Positions 12,108 through 26,900 of a stretch of 64,000 nucleotides of DNA are shown here, one piece after another. Position 1 is the first letter of the stretch; each line of letters starts with the position of its first letter. Under the pieces are notes generated by a model that was not told where the DNA came from, did no database searches, and worked only from the letters and a program-made list of their open reading frames with translations. The stretch is taken from NCBI RefSeq assembly GCF_963853765.1, contig NC_088855.1:42098001-42162000 (forward strand). The letters run 5' to 3'. The DNA comes from Magallana gigas. Lineage: Eukaryota. A program made the position numbers and the translations under genes.

Positions 12108-13954
12108 TTTGGGTGAAATGAAATCGAAACAATTCAAAACAGCTGCTCTCACATTGCCTTTGTTTCAGGATGATTGAACCGTCCTCTCTGCAAGTTCTAG
12201 ACAGCCAAAAGGGTCGAGGTATCGACGACAACTGCACCGCGGAGATTTTATGGTCTCTCCCCGTGTAACAACTGACACCTTTATCATAGACCGGGGTTCA
12301 AAGGCAGGTGATTTTTTTTTCTTGGCCTCTCAGCAAAACGTTACGACAGATCATTGCCCGGCATGTCTATATTAGTCAGTGATCCATTTTAAGCCAGCAA
12401 TACTTATTTTTATATCTGTATCTATAGGTACAGCGCTGTTTATATGCCTTCTAGACAGTTAACTATCTCATTCATAATAAACGGCTTGACTCATTAAAAT
12501 TTTGAACAAGCTATGTCGTCCAAAAAGTAGGAGCTTCTGTTGAAATGACATTTCCTGAAGGCTTACGAAACAAAGACGTCTGTCATTGCCAGTTACGCAT
12601 ACAAATTTGTATCGGAAAATTTAAGTAATTTTTTTTAACTGAATAGACTTGTAATTTGACAATGAATAGCGGAAGGAAGTTTGTTCTCTCTTATATACCT
12701 AAGGACTGATATACTTGCACAGGTGTGATGCAATGCGATACGAGATTAATTTCAATATTTTTTATCTAAATTACGTGTTAGGAGAGGCGTGGGGTTTTTT
12801 CATGATAATAATTGTTCAAATAATATGGGCAAATGAAATGGTGCAACTGCCTTTTGGTTTCTCAGAATAGTCAATTAATTACACTTATAAATCCCCGAGT
12901 TAATTATTCGAGCTGAGGATCGGTTACCCTTAATCGTAAACTTCTACTAGTTAATTTACTACTTTATAAAATAATGAAATAATAAAGTACATAATTCTCA
13001 ACTGCGGTTTTGTTTGATAATTTTAACAAATATGAAGAAAAAAATATGTCAAGTTTTGGTCGTAGTAAACCTTTAAGCGAAAAAGTTGATCATTTTATTT
13101 ATTTAAGGTGTGCGAACACTTGTCAATATTTATGTGGATAAAAGTAAATTAAAAGTAAAAGTAAATTATAAACAAAATACTTTCACCGGGTTAGAATTTT
13201 CAAATATGAAAATAATTGACCAATTTTTTTTTAAATTTTTGAAAAGGTAAAAATTATAAAATTTATATAATAAAAATTATATATGCAATGGCCTACATTC
13301 GTAGTTTATATAAAACCCTTAAACACATAGCGCTACGCTGTTAGGTAACTCTTCTTGGAAAGAAATCATTTATAAAATTATACTTGATTTTATTGCTTAT
13401 TTCGATAGGAAGAAATTAGAACATCATAATATGGAGGTTTCCCATACATTAACCAGCGCGCCAATAAAGTAAAATGGATTTTGATGCTAAATAATTGCAC
13501 GTTTTTCTATTTGTTTCTAAAAATGTTTGAACGATGTGTTACACAAATCTTATTTTTAATTTAAAGAAGTTATCGCTCCGAGCTTTTATTTATTTTCTTT
13601 CTTTCTTTTTTACATTATTCTGAAAGTTAACCATGATAATGATACAAAAGTAACAAAACTTTACACCATACACTTTAAATGTACTTATTCAATATATGCA
13701 TTGAAGATTAGAAGAAATGACCCTATGTGAAGATCATCCAAGTGTTTGTTATGTTAACAACCACTTGTAAGCGCTTTGCATTTCGGATTAAGTTTTCATT
13801 GCATCCATTGTCACAGCAAAATCAAATGGTTTGAAATTGGTTTCTTAGATTTTAAAAGGATAAATGTTTGATATAAAAATCGACGATAGTGTATAACTGG
13901 AGCACGTTAGAGTACTAGTCAATCATCTAACCCCAATGTGTTGACCTAGATTTT

Positions 13955-14070
13955 GTTTTTTGTCGCATACCGAAGAACCATTTGGTGGTCAGTAGACATC
14001 TTCTAGCTTGGACAGCTCTGCCGTAGTAAAATATGTCCAAAAATCAACCCTGTCTGATTTTATAAAGGCG
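13955..14070 (+). pseudogene. Possible decayed fragment of a P2X7-ballast-like (Zn-coordinating) transposon accessory ORF
   Basis: FVAYRRTIWW and then, after a frameshift and stop, LDSSAVVKYVQK. From memory this resembles the YR[FY]xAYRQxxxW...LPSCAVxxIR signature. The match is short and disrupted. Confidence 0.2.
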
Positions 14071-14600
14071 TAAATCCGATGATTGAGATGAGTACAGTAT
14101 AGCGCGTTAAAACGGCTCTTTATGGCGACATGGTGACAATGTCAAGTGCAGGGTTACAATTATTGTTGTCAAACACGTGTGTCATTTATGGCTACTTTAA
14201 AGACAATGAACTGGGTTTTATGGTTAATTTAGATTTTTATCCTCATAAATGCAGGTTTGTGCAAGGTACACTTGTCATGTTTTGAATTTATTTTCTTAAA
14301 TATAAACTGCGTTTTTAAATCTTTCCTTTGTGTCTTTGCTCTTCCATAATGGTACAGACCAGACTTTGAATATTAGTATTATTATGTTTTGTAACTGTTT
14401 TGTTCAAACATTAATGTTGCATTTGATAAAGTATTCAATGTAAAGAGGTGGCATTTATCTGTTCCAAAATAACATTTGCAATGTAGAACAAAAATAACGA
14501 TATTTTTTCTGCTTTATCGTTGACATGTCATTCATAAAAATTATTAGATTTTTGGAAAAGCTACACTCAAAGTACAGTGCTGTACTTCAAGGGTAGCTAA

Positions 14601-15165
<565 letters not shown>

Positions 15166-16420
15166 TGGCTGATTAGTTTTGTTTTGATGATTTTTTTTTT
15201 TGCTCAGTAAATACACATGCAAGTTCCATGCTAAATTTATTGTCATATTGATCTAATCATTGTATACGTTAGGTAGGTGACAAAAATTATTAAAAAAGAA
15301 AAGTCTAATCGTTATTAGATCTACGTGTAGCCACGTCATTTTGTAATGAATAAATAAAAGAAAAAAATTAAACTGTAAAAATATCTACATGTATTTGTTA
15401 TAGTTGCATATGTGGTCAAACCTTTCAATAATATTGGAGATCACACACTAAAAAGAGGGGGAGGGCACATATGTCTACAACGCTTATATAGCGTACAAAA
15501 ATTAAAAAGATTAAAAACAAAATTGATGTCACACAGGAAAATAATTAAAACACCGGTAACAACAAGGAACAAAATGAGAAATAACACAGACACACAATTT
15601 ATTGATTTTAATGATCATTATTAATAGGTAAAGTAGAGATAAAAAATAAAAAAAAACCGGCTTTGTGTTTATCAAAATATTTTAATAAGTCTGTTTAACA
15701 TTTTATTAATGCTCAGTGGTAGTTTTTTGTTTAAGTGTATAAGCCTAGGATAAGCCTAGGAAGGGACCATTGGAATAAAAGTTTGATATCTTCCGGTTCC
15801 TTGCGGTGGTAAAAGTTTTCGAGACAAAGCCACTTTTTTTTGGTTTGGTTAAGTCCACGGGTTGCATTTAACAATGATGACAGATGTGTGGCTCCTTCTG
15901 CGCTCGCCCCAACGGTCACACCGTAAAACATATTATTGATTCTTAAGAATCAACAACGGTCAGTTATTTGCTCGTGACATGTATACTTTTACATGTTAAT
16001 CTATAAAAAAAACTCATTGCTCTAAAGACTTTTATATCTCTCTACAATTCCAATTTTCCTCAAAATATTTCTATATATAGTGTTGTATCTACATTTGTAA
16101 TAAAATGTTAATTGTTTTACAAAAAAAAAAACCCCATTAGTCTCTTGAGTACTATATCTTTGAGTTGAAGGTCGTAACTTCTGAGTCCTTGAGTTCAAGG
16201 TCAACGAGTCCCAGAGTTCAAGGTCAACGTTAACATTGTAAAACATCGCTAATTCTGTCGCTATTTTGATGTCTTAACTAATGTGCACGAGGTTTTCTTT
16301 AATTTATTGTATTTTGTCGATATCACCAATTTAAGTAGGTGATTTTGTAGCACTATCAATTTAGTTTTTAAATGGATTATAATTATCAACTTTTGGCTTT
16401 TGATCTAGTACAGTTATCAA

Positions 16421-16672
16421 GAACCATTTTAACAAAACCTTGGACTTTCGGTAGGACGTAACTATCTTTTTTTTGCATCAAAACAAGTTAAAAATGACAT
16501 TGGTTTCAAGCGAAATATTCACATATTGCGTAGTCTTAGCTCAAAAGCCAGACAAATCTTGGTTATTTCAAAGAGCCATGGCTGAGTGGCCAGCAATGAA
16601 ATAGGCAGGCCTACGTCACATGCTGTTTGACACACCTATTCAAAGTCCAAGCTCTTGTTAAAATGGTTCTAT
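16421..16672. mobile_element. ~250-bp MITE, copy 1
   Basis: Terminal inverted repeats gaaccattttaacaaaaccttggacttt and aaagtccaagctcttgttaaaatggttc. Highly similar to 16805-17063. Confidence 0.75.
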
Positions 16673-16804
16673 GTATCTTTTTATCGAATAGATGTCACCT
16701 TTGTTTTAAATGCTAACACAACACACTAGAATAAATAATATCACTTATTAGAGAAGGGAATATTACAAATCTGACAAAAAGTAGTTGTTAGCTTTCGAAT
16801 AGTT

Positions 16805-17063
16805 ATAGAACCATTTTAATAAGACCTTGGACTTTCAGTGGAATGTAGCTATCTATTCCTTGCGTCAAAACAATATAAAAGTGTCGCAGTTTCAATCGAA
16901 ATATGCATCGATTGCGTAATCTTAGCTCAAAAGCCAGACAAATCTTGTTGATTTCAAAGAGCCATGGCTGAGTGGCCAGCAGTGAAATAGACAAGCATAC
17001 GTCACAATTAATGCTGTTTGACACAACTACCCAAAGTCCAAGCTCTTGTTAAAATGGTTCTAT
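16805..17063. mobile_element. ~260-bp MITE, copy 2 (direct orientation relative to copy 1)
   Basis: TIRs atagaaccattttaataagaccttggacttt and aaagtccaagctcttgttaaaatggttctat. Shares the core cttagctcaaaagccagacaaatcttg...agagccatggctgagtggccagca with copy 1. Confidence 0.8.
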
Positions 17064-17538
17064 CACTTATTCAAATAGATGATATGCCACTTAACTCCCC
17101 TATTCTGTGGATCAAATATTACTGAATACAGATGAAGAGCTCTCACGGTATCATTTCAGTGTCGAAAAGTGATAAATAGCTATTAGATTATTGTTTCTGA
17201 CAATTTGGTTTATCAAATAATAACAAGATTAAAGGACAAGAATGTATCTAGAAATGAATTTATTCAAAACATATGTTTAATTTTTTTCGGTGTGGAAAAG
17301 GTTCTATCTATAACGTTATACTGTAGAGGAATAACCAATGAAATAAAAATAAACTACTTCATTCAACTAAATAATATTTTTGAAATCATAGTTAAATTGA
17401 TGAAAATGAATAAATAAATCAAAGCGGAATAGAAATTCGCCAATATATATATATATTAAAAACGGTAAAATACTAGTATCACTATATTAGTCCCAAATGG
17501 CGAAAATTATCTGAACGGGTTGTCTGGAGAATATGAAA

Positions 17539-17559
17539 GTCACGTGATTGTCATGTGAT
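17539..17559 (+). promoter_or_regulatory. Tandem E-box/CLEAR-like and M-box-like motifs upstream of the GLUT start codon
   Basis: GTCACGTGAT (17539-17548) is followed closely by GTCATGTGAT (17550-17559), about 70-90 bp before the ATG at 17627. Confidence 0.45.
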
Positions 17560-17626
17560 TGCCAACAACAAAAATGGACGCTCGTGATTGACATCCAACT
17601 CGTACCGTGACACATCTCGCTGAAGT

Positions 17627-17936
17627 ATGGAGAGACGGCCACTGCTTGGGGCCAATGAAGAGTACCAAGTAGAGGACGAAACATTAACGGAAAAAGAAAT
17701 TGACGCAATTGTGACAGTCACGCCTGAACGGGTAATTCATTTGTTCATGCAGTATTGACTGTATTGGGTGTTTTCTAACAATTTCATGACATAAAATATA
17801 CAAGTAAGACACTGTAAATGATATGTTTTACGTTGCTACAGTTGTGGCGAGCGCAACAAAAAGCAAGAATTATACTTACCTTGCATCATCGTCAACTAAG
17901 TGATATTTTGACATTTATCAACTATAAACATCAAAG

Positions 17937-17971
<35 letters not shown>

Positions 17972-20900
17972 TATATAATATCAGGGACGTACGTCCCTGA
18001 TAATATTTCTAAGTTTAAAAAAGGTCTTACAAAACTAGATAGACTTGCTTCCCCCTAAAACTGTTCTTTACTTTTGGAGAGAAATGATCAGTCTGTAAAA
18101 TGTATTTTGGGTTTAATTTGATCAAAAGTGTAAACGATAAATATTTTTCTTATGTACCTTGTTGTTATCTCACTTTTAGTTTTTCCCGGTTCATAATTTT
18201 TCAAAACTTTGTTTTATTTTGCATTCTAAATACATACATTGTATCCATGCCACCTGATACATCCATGTCCCTGTTTGTTGGTGTGTAATTTCCCATTCTC
18301 CAATTTAATGGTTTGACAACATGCAATATCGCTACATAGATTTTTTAACTGTTAATTTTTTCTCTTTATTCTTTTTTTTATTTAGTTAAAAATGATGAGG
18401 CTGTAACTTTGATAGCAATATATTTTTTAATTTCCTCCCTACTTACATATATATACTTACTGTACATTTATGAAGAATTAGCATAAAATTGGATTGATAT
18501 GACAGTAAAGTGTGGCTCTTGCTTGTATATATAATATCTCCCTATCAAAGCCAAAACATTGTAATGCTTAAATCATCTGAGGCAGGTATTGCAGTTTATA
18601 CTATTTAATAGCTAGACAAGCCTTACAGATGTTTGATCCACCTCTAAATTTATCGTGGAAAATATAGCTCGAGATCACTGTGATGTCATATGTTAAAATT
18701 CTGTAATCATTTGTTCATGTATCTCAACTCAATACGAAGGAATGGAAGTTTGTAAAAATTCACTTGGGTCTCACCAAGCTTGTGCAATACTCAAAATGCA
18801 TCTTCAAACCTCAAAGAACCGTAAATTATGAGTTAAATGTCAGCCATTTTTGGCATAGCACTACTGGAGTTATACTTAGAAAGCATAATGGGATGCTGCA
18901 AAAACAATTTTCTTGATGAATCTGTAGGTTTAGCTTGTTCTTTTTCCCGCGCACTGGTTCTTAGAGCTATCTCCACAATATTTTGTGCACCGTAAAATTT
19001 CATTTTTTTAACACAGACCTACACAGAGCTACAACCTGCAGCTAAATACAAATGTATTTATTTTCGAACACTGACACTCTTTCATGGATCAGGATATACT
19101 GATTGTCATCTTCCTTGATATAAACTTTTCATAATATCTGAAAATTAATTATATGTCAAACAAGTACCGACAGTTAATATAGTATTTCTGCAAATCTCTA
19201 ATACTTTATTCTGAGAAGCCAGTATACTTACAAATTTGACAGCATAATAAATGAACAGTTGTCATATTTTTATCTGAGAAGTCGTTATCAATTTTTATTA
19301 TATTCATTCAACGCACACTTAACCAAAAAAAGGCACATTAATTTGAATTCAAATACCAGTCATTAATATATTTTTTCTGAAAATCATTAAAACTTTATTC
19401 CAAGAAGCCAGGATACTGGTAGTTATAAATCTGAGAGCATATTAAATTAACAATTAATTGTCATCTTTTTATCTGACAAGTCATTATCAGTTATTATATA
19501 TGTTCAACCTAACATTAAACAATAAAGTCTCGTAAATTTGACATAATAGCTTGCCAAGTAAACAGAATTAAATGATTAATTATTATTGCCACTGATCTGG
19601 AGTTGTCAAAAATATAATGCATCAGATACAGAAACAAAAACACAAAAAACATGTTTTCATTGGTGTGTTAGGGGGTATTGGACATTTTAAAATATTACCC
19701 ACTTTTCTGCATGCTACATACCTCTTGGGTTATAAATCTACCTCTTTTTTGGAGGTTAATTAACTTGTATGCTTTTGAAATCAAAAATTTTTCAACAAGA
19801 TTTAAACCCTGAAAAATCTACAGAAGGAATATGCCACCTACCCTTATACTCCTACCAATGATCCTCTATTTAGAGCAATATGAGATTCAATTTTCATCTG
19901 CAAATTTTGTTTAAAATTGTAATTTATCACTTCAGTGACATAAACAATTACCGTATAGTTGATGTACTTTTAGTGAGAAAAATCATTTAGAGACTAAGTT
20001 GAAGTAAAATTATATATTACTATATCCTGTACAAAAAATTGGGTTGCTATATGCATGTACCAGTAATATTCCATTAATATTCAGATTTTCTATCCAAAAA
20101 AAAGTCAATGATTTATTTCTATCTTGTACATCATGACTACTTATAGTTACATACATAATAATCATAATAACTTCACAGCTAAATAAAATAGCGAAGAATT
20201 CTGGTTTTCAAAATGCATAAACTTCGCTTAGAACTTTATTTACATATTTTCAGGTTTATTATTATTAACTCAAGATCTAATTATTAAAATGTTAATTAAA
20301 TAATTAAAATGTTTCCTGTTTTTAGCAGACTGTTTTTAATTAAAATTGAAGCAAGTCATGTGAAAATGTAAATCTAAAATTATCTATGAATGAACAGACT
20401 GTAATATTTTAAATGAATATAAATCAAAGATTTAAATATCAATATGGGTTTATTTTTTGTTGCTGAATTTAAAACCAGTTTCATAATTAAAATTTCATGA
20501 TGCGGGTCAATTCTCAATTAACTAGGGTCTTTATTCAACACCTTTGGTCCCAATATTCAATGTTGAATAAATGACCCTCAGGTAAAAAATAAACCCGGCT
20601 CAAAATTTTACGTTACACTGGACTGACATCTGTTTTACACTTAAAAAGAAAATTAAACTCGAAGTGGGCTTGAACACAAGGGTACATTTTTATAAATTCC
20701 TGAAGTATAATATATCATGACTGATTATCATTGCTGAAATATATTCAGGATCTTAGATTCAAGGTTTAGCATGTATCCCCATGTACCGTTTGTATATATT
20801 TTTTCATCAGGCACCTGTCAAACTAATATTTTCATTGTTTCAGCATTTCACCAAAAACCTTGCAATAGCTATAGCAGCATGTGTGAGTGGCTCGTCTTTC

Positions 20901-23900
20901 ATGCTAGGCTACAACACGGGAGTTGTCAACACACCAGCAACAGTAAGTCTGTAGCTAAAACAGTTTGTTTGTGTCGAAGGTCAAAGATTTGATCCTCAGA
21001 ATCAAACGATGTGTGATTTGTCCCTTATTATCAGTGAAACTACAGTGTAATGCAAATTCTCAGTCCAGAATAAAAATTGTTCATTTTATAATTTTTTATA
21101 CTGAAATGATACATGTTATTTCAATGTTTTAGAAGTACAAGTATATGTTTTTCTTTTGATGTAGATAATAAAAGATTTTTACAATGCAAGTTACCACAGA
21201 AGGCAAGGAAACACCTCAGGAAGTCAAGGAAACAACTCCTCGGAGTACCTCTCTACTACAAGCATCTCAATTCTCTGGGCCACTACTGTCTCCATTTTTG
21301 CATTGGGTGGAATGATTGGGGGGCTCAGTGCGGGATATTGGTGCAATAGATATGGAAGGTATATCAAATTTCTTCTTAGATGCCAGTAATTCAAAGAAAA
21401 CAGGAATTTTACACAATAACATTCTTATGTACTTTCTTTAGCTTTTGGGATTATTTTCTCATATATAATTGAGAATTTTAGATTCCACTGGATTTTTAAT
21501 TAATATTTTAAAAATTTATAAAAGTGATCTTTTAATATTATAAGGAATTCTTTACTGACTGTTTCAGAAAGGGAGCCTTACTAAGAAACAACTTGTTACA
21601 TGTAGTATCTGCTGCATTGATGTTTTCTTCTCGTTTTGCATACTCCTATGAAATGATGATTGCTGGACGCCTTTTGGTTGGTGTTTGTGCAGGTATATTT
21701 ACAGCTGTACATGCAGTTTTATATTGTGAACATGGAAATTCAATTCTTACTCCAATTATGTGAGACCAAGATATTTGCCAAAATATTTCCCCCCAGATTG
21801 ACTACTAGTATCTTGCATTACAGTACTGTGTATGAGAGAAAAAGATTCATTTATATGAAATAGAATGCATCTGTATTCATTTTTCATAAAAATCTGGTAA
21901 CTACCACCGATCATGATGATTTTTTATGCATCATATGGCATCATTTCTTTACCATATCTTTATTTCATTTTTTCTCCTTTAATTATTTGATTACCTTTGG
22001 TGTGAAGAACAACAACAGAATGTTTTTGCCCTGCTAGACACATGTCCAGGGATTCTGATTTTATTTTCAGAAGCTTAAGAAATTCTACATTGTCGATGCA
22101 TTTATCTTTTCAAATTTTCTTTTGCAGGAATAAACTCTGGGGCTGCCCCTCTGTACCTCTCTGAGATAGCTCCAACCTCATTGAGGGGGTTTGCCGGGGT
22201 CTTCAATCAGCTTGCCATTACCTCGGGAGTGCTGGTCTCACAGATTCTGGGCCTGGATTTTGTCTTGGGTACTAAAGAACTTTGGCCATATGACTTGGGT
22301 AAATAAACATGTACATACCGGTATATTTTAATTTGTATTACAATAATCCTTTTTTCATGATTTTCAAATAATGAAAATAATTTATCAGATACATACTTTT
22401 TAATTTTTTGTGAAGTAGAGTTGAACCCCGGTATATTGCACATTGGTATCTTGAATACGATAGATATCATGTAGTGATTTAAAAGTCCAAATCACTGTTT
22501 CTTTTACATAATTCAACCTTTGTATCCCAAATCTTTACATGAATACATTGTATATCTCCAAGTTTTATCTTGGTCCAATAGATTACTAAATAGCAAGGTT
22601 TCACTGTATTTTTATCAATAATTTCAGTTTTATTAAAATGAGGGCAATACATACAAATGGCAAAAGTTTGAGTCTGATTTTTTTTTTTATTTTAAGGTGC
22701 GACTGTAATACCAATAGCCATCATGTTGTGTTTGCTTCCTTGCTGTCCAGAATCGCCACGGTTTCTGATGCTTGTTACAATGGATGAAGATGAGGCTGAA
22801 AAAGGTCAGAAGGCAAAATATACTTTTGATCAAAACTTTACAGTAGTTAAATGTTAAACTGTTTTGAGATACATGTGTAGATCCAACAATGTGTATGTAT
22901 TATTTGTCACTTTTTAAAATCTTGTTTCTTTCTAATGTTACATGTATCAAATTCTAAATTAAATGTACCTGTATGATTTTCCCTTCTTGCAAAATATTGC
23001 TGACCTTAGGGTGGTTCATCTGTCTCATAAGATGAATGAATCCTTACATGGGAATTATTGGTTCTCATCTGATTGTTTACTCGGTTCCACAGCTCTCATC
23101 TGGCTCAGGGACACTGATGATGTAGGAGAGGAACTGGAAGAGATGAGGAGTGAGGCAGAAAAACAGAAGAGGATGCAAAAGGTGAGGATCCATCATGGTT
23201 GCCTAGATAATACCTCTGGGTAGAGTAGCAAGTGTTGCTGTGCTATGACAAGTTTTGGTTGGCTAGTGAGGATTATGTGGTAGTATTCTAATTTCATTCA
23301 AATTTGGTGTTATATTATTTGACTCTAATGGTACAATGACATTCTGAGGACTAATTATTGCAAGAAAATGAGAGATCTGAGGAATTGTAAGTATCATTAA
23401 AATAAAGACAGTACAGGGAAAAAAAACTTGCTTCCATATTACATGTAAAGCTAGGTGGTCAACATCTACCTTTAAATTTTGAGATATAATCAGTAAATAG
23501 CAATTAAGAAACAAAACAGATTTCAGAAATCTTTTCTTTTATGATAAACTAAATTTACACAAGGAAATTACCAAAGTTTATGCTATGTCTGAGCAATGAA
23601 ATGTCAAAGGTTAGATTTGAAATATCGATTTTAAAGATAGTGGGAAATTATTTTGAACTTCATTGACAGCAATAAGGAAATTCCTTACCTTAAATCACAA
23701 CTTCAGATAACCAGTGCATGTTTACTCCATACTGTACTGATAAAAAAAGCTACTGAATTTAGAATTTTGTTAACAACAAATGTATAGATGTGCATATTAG
23801 CTGAAGTTTTGATGTCGACTTTTTAGGAGTTATGCCCCTTTATTAATTGTTTTGTGTGTCTAATGCACTAATCCAGTCATGTCAAGTAATGAGGGAGAGT

Positions 23901-26900
23901 GAGGTATGTGACCTTGGTCACTTTTTCTTTTATTTCAATCATTTTACTAAAAACTCTTGATGTGAAATTTATTTTCATGAGTCAGAAAAAGTCAGCTTGT
24001 CATTTCATTTTGCTCCGATAGTAGTAGAAAGGTACATGTTTAATATTTATGAAAAAGGAAAAATGATGCAAATTATAATTTTTTTGTTTATTTTTTTTCT
24101 TTTTCAGTTTGCTTTTATGGATTTATTCAGGGACAAATTACTCAGGGAGCCATTGACAATAAGCGTGGTCCTACAGCTGACCCAGCAGTTCAGTGGCATT
24201 AACGCTGTAAGGCACCATTATACAGTCACTTTGTAGCATTGGGTCTGCTTCAGAACAGTTCAAACTATTGAAATTATTACATGTATTATCTAAAGATATC
24301 ATTTCATTTTTCATTTGTTGTAAGTTCTTTTCAATGAGATTTTTAACAGTTTTGTTACTACTGTAGATTCCTTATGGAGTACTAAATTTAGCCAACCCAC
24401 CATTTTGAATGAAATCACAAGAACATAAAATCTCAAGCACTGAAATTTTATAATAATTCCATTTGAATATTTCTATGAAAAAAATTGATGTACGATTTTA
24501 AAATTTTAAAGGGGTGGGGGGGGGGTGGCATATAGCAATTTTATGTGGATAAAAATATCTCATATATAGATAAAGATTCTACAGTATTTGGGAAAATAAG
24601 CCCTTTAGTTTGAGCTAAAAAGGAAGGCATTTTTCATTTATACCTTTTTTACATTCCAGGTAATATATTACTCAACAGAAATTTTTAGATCAGCTGGTTT
24701 AAGTGCACATAATGCCGAATATGCTACCATAGCAACAGGAGGGGTCAATGTGGTTATGACCCTCGTGTCTGCATTCATTATGGACAAGGCTGGAAGGCGG
24801 TTTCTTCTACTGATAGGTGTGGGGGGGTTATTCATCTTCAGTGCAGTTCTGGCTGTGTCTCTAATACTCATCAAAGTAAGAACTTGTTTTTATTCATCTT
24901 TTGTAATCTTATAGAACAATGAAACTATAGATAAGAAAGTGACCAATTCTTAATACTTTATACAGGGTTTTTTTTGCCCCATGTAATTTTCACCCTTCTA
25001 CACTTGACAAAAGTTTTCTCCATCTTAAATTCGCCCAGACAAATTATGTTTAAAGAGAGATAATTTCAGACATTGGAATTAGCCCAGTCTTTCATTAGCT
25101 CGCAGACAACAAGGGCCGAAGGGGCAAAAATAAAACGAGGGCAAATATTTTCATGTATATAGTATATGTATATTAAAAAACTTTGAAAATTTATGCACAG
25201 CCTTACCAGTATTGATACTTGATTACACTTCATGTGAAACCCTCTCAATGATTATATCTCTTATTACACAAGTGCATAGACCCAGTGAAAAGTGAAAAGG
25301 TTTGATTCCCAACATTATTAAAGGAATAAGGAATCATTCTTTGAGTATTATGAGGTAATAATTTCGGTCGGGCGTGATCAAATCCAATAAAGCCCGAAGG
25401 GCTTTATGATAAGATTTCATCACCGCTGGTGGCCCAATTATACGTCATTTGAAGTTATTGGACTGTATAGTACAAAATCGATACGTAGTGTTATCACAGG
25501 CGAAGACGATGAAAAATGTAAATATTAATTATTAAACTTTTTCAAGTACATGTATGTACATGCAATCAGTATAGTAGCTCATGAAGCCTGGCTTTTTATC
25601 TGGATATTGTTACACAAAACAAGTACTGGCACTATCTAAATTTGATAACACAGTGTTTATGTAAAGTATAGCTGATTTATATGAAACTCAATACTTCATT
25701 TTAAATTTCACTTTGAAATTATCTCACTGTTTGTTTTCATAAGGGAGTCTAAATCTTTGATCATAATAATGGTCATCTTAGGATCATATTTGATATCAGC
25801 AGGATCAAAAGACTAATGTCTGATAAAAAAAATTAGTTCATGTAGCTTTTACCTAGACCCTTCACAATTACTACGTGTATATGGTTGTAGATTTTTATTA
25901 GACATTAATTGATTTGTTAAATGTTTATTTATCTCTTGCAGAATTTCAGCATAGCATGGCTGTCATATCTAGCCATTGTAGCTGTGATAGGTTACATCAT
26001 TGCATTTGCCTCAGGTCCAGGTGAGTTTTTACTCTATAAATCCCTTTATAAATTATATGATACAAGCTATTGCTAAGAAATAAATGACATGTTTATCCAA
26101 AACATTAGGGAAGATAAAAAGTATATCCTCCATTCATCCTTGATGACATTGTCAAAAACTGATAGACAATCTCACATAAACTTACAGACCATGGGCCAAC
26201 TCATTGAACTTTTGTTGTTATCGTTAATGTTTATTATTCTAAATTCACTAATGAGAAAGTAAAACTGTTTTAGGTTTTGGAGAAATGAAAATGACAATCA
26301 TGTTCTGAAAACATGCTGTTGTTGCTAAATGCATGCTTAAACATTAACAGGATTAGTGAGATTTCCTTCACAAAAGCGTGAAGGAGCCAATCAAAATAGA
26401 GTGTCACTGTAAATTATTTATGAGAACAAGAGAAGTTCAACGAGTTGGCCTACAGTCAGTAACGGTATGCAAGACTTATTTTGGGTTTCATACAATGCAA
26501 AGATGATTAAGGAAATTAGAAGTCTTACTTCAATATAAATTCTTTTACTCACATCTGTGAAGACTCTACAGCATAACTGTAATAAATTAGAGAGAATTGC
26601 TCCTTCGTGTATTTGTGATAAAGAGATTCATACAAAGTTGTGTAACAACTCTGTACTCTTTATGGACTCCTTTTATGACATTATGTAAGTTTTATTGACT
26701 TTAAATTTTGAACGTGACTAGATTGAAATTAAATTTTATGCATTATTTCATGTTTAAGCTACACACTCTCAGGTTCAAAGGTCATTGACAAGCACAACAG
26801 GATAGAGTAAACACGGGGATTATAGAAATACAAGTATAAACAGGTCGCAAAATGTCAGTGTCTGAGCAATAGGGTATAACTGATCAAGACCAGGATAGAA

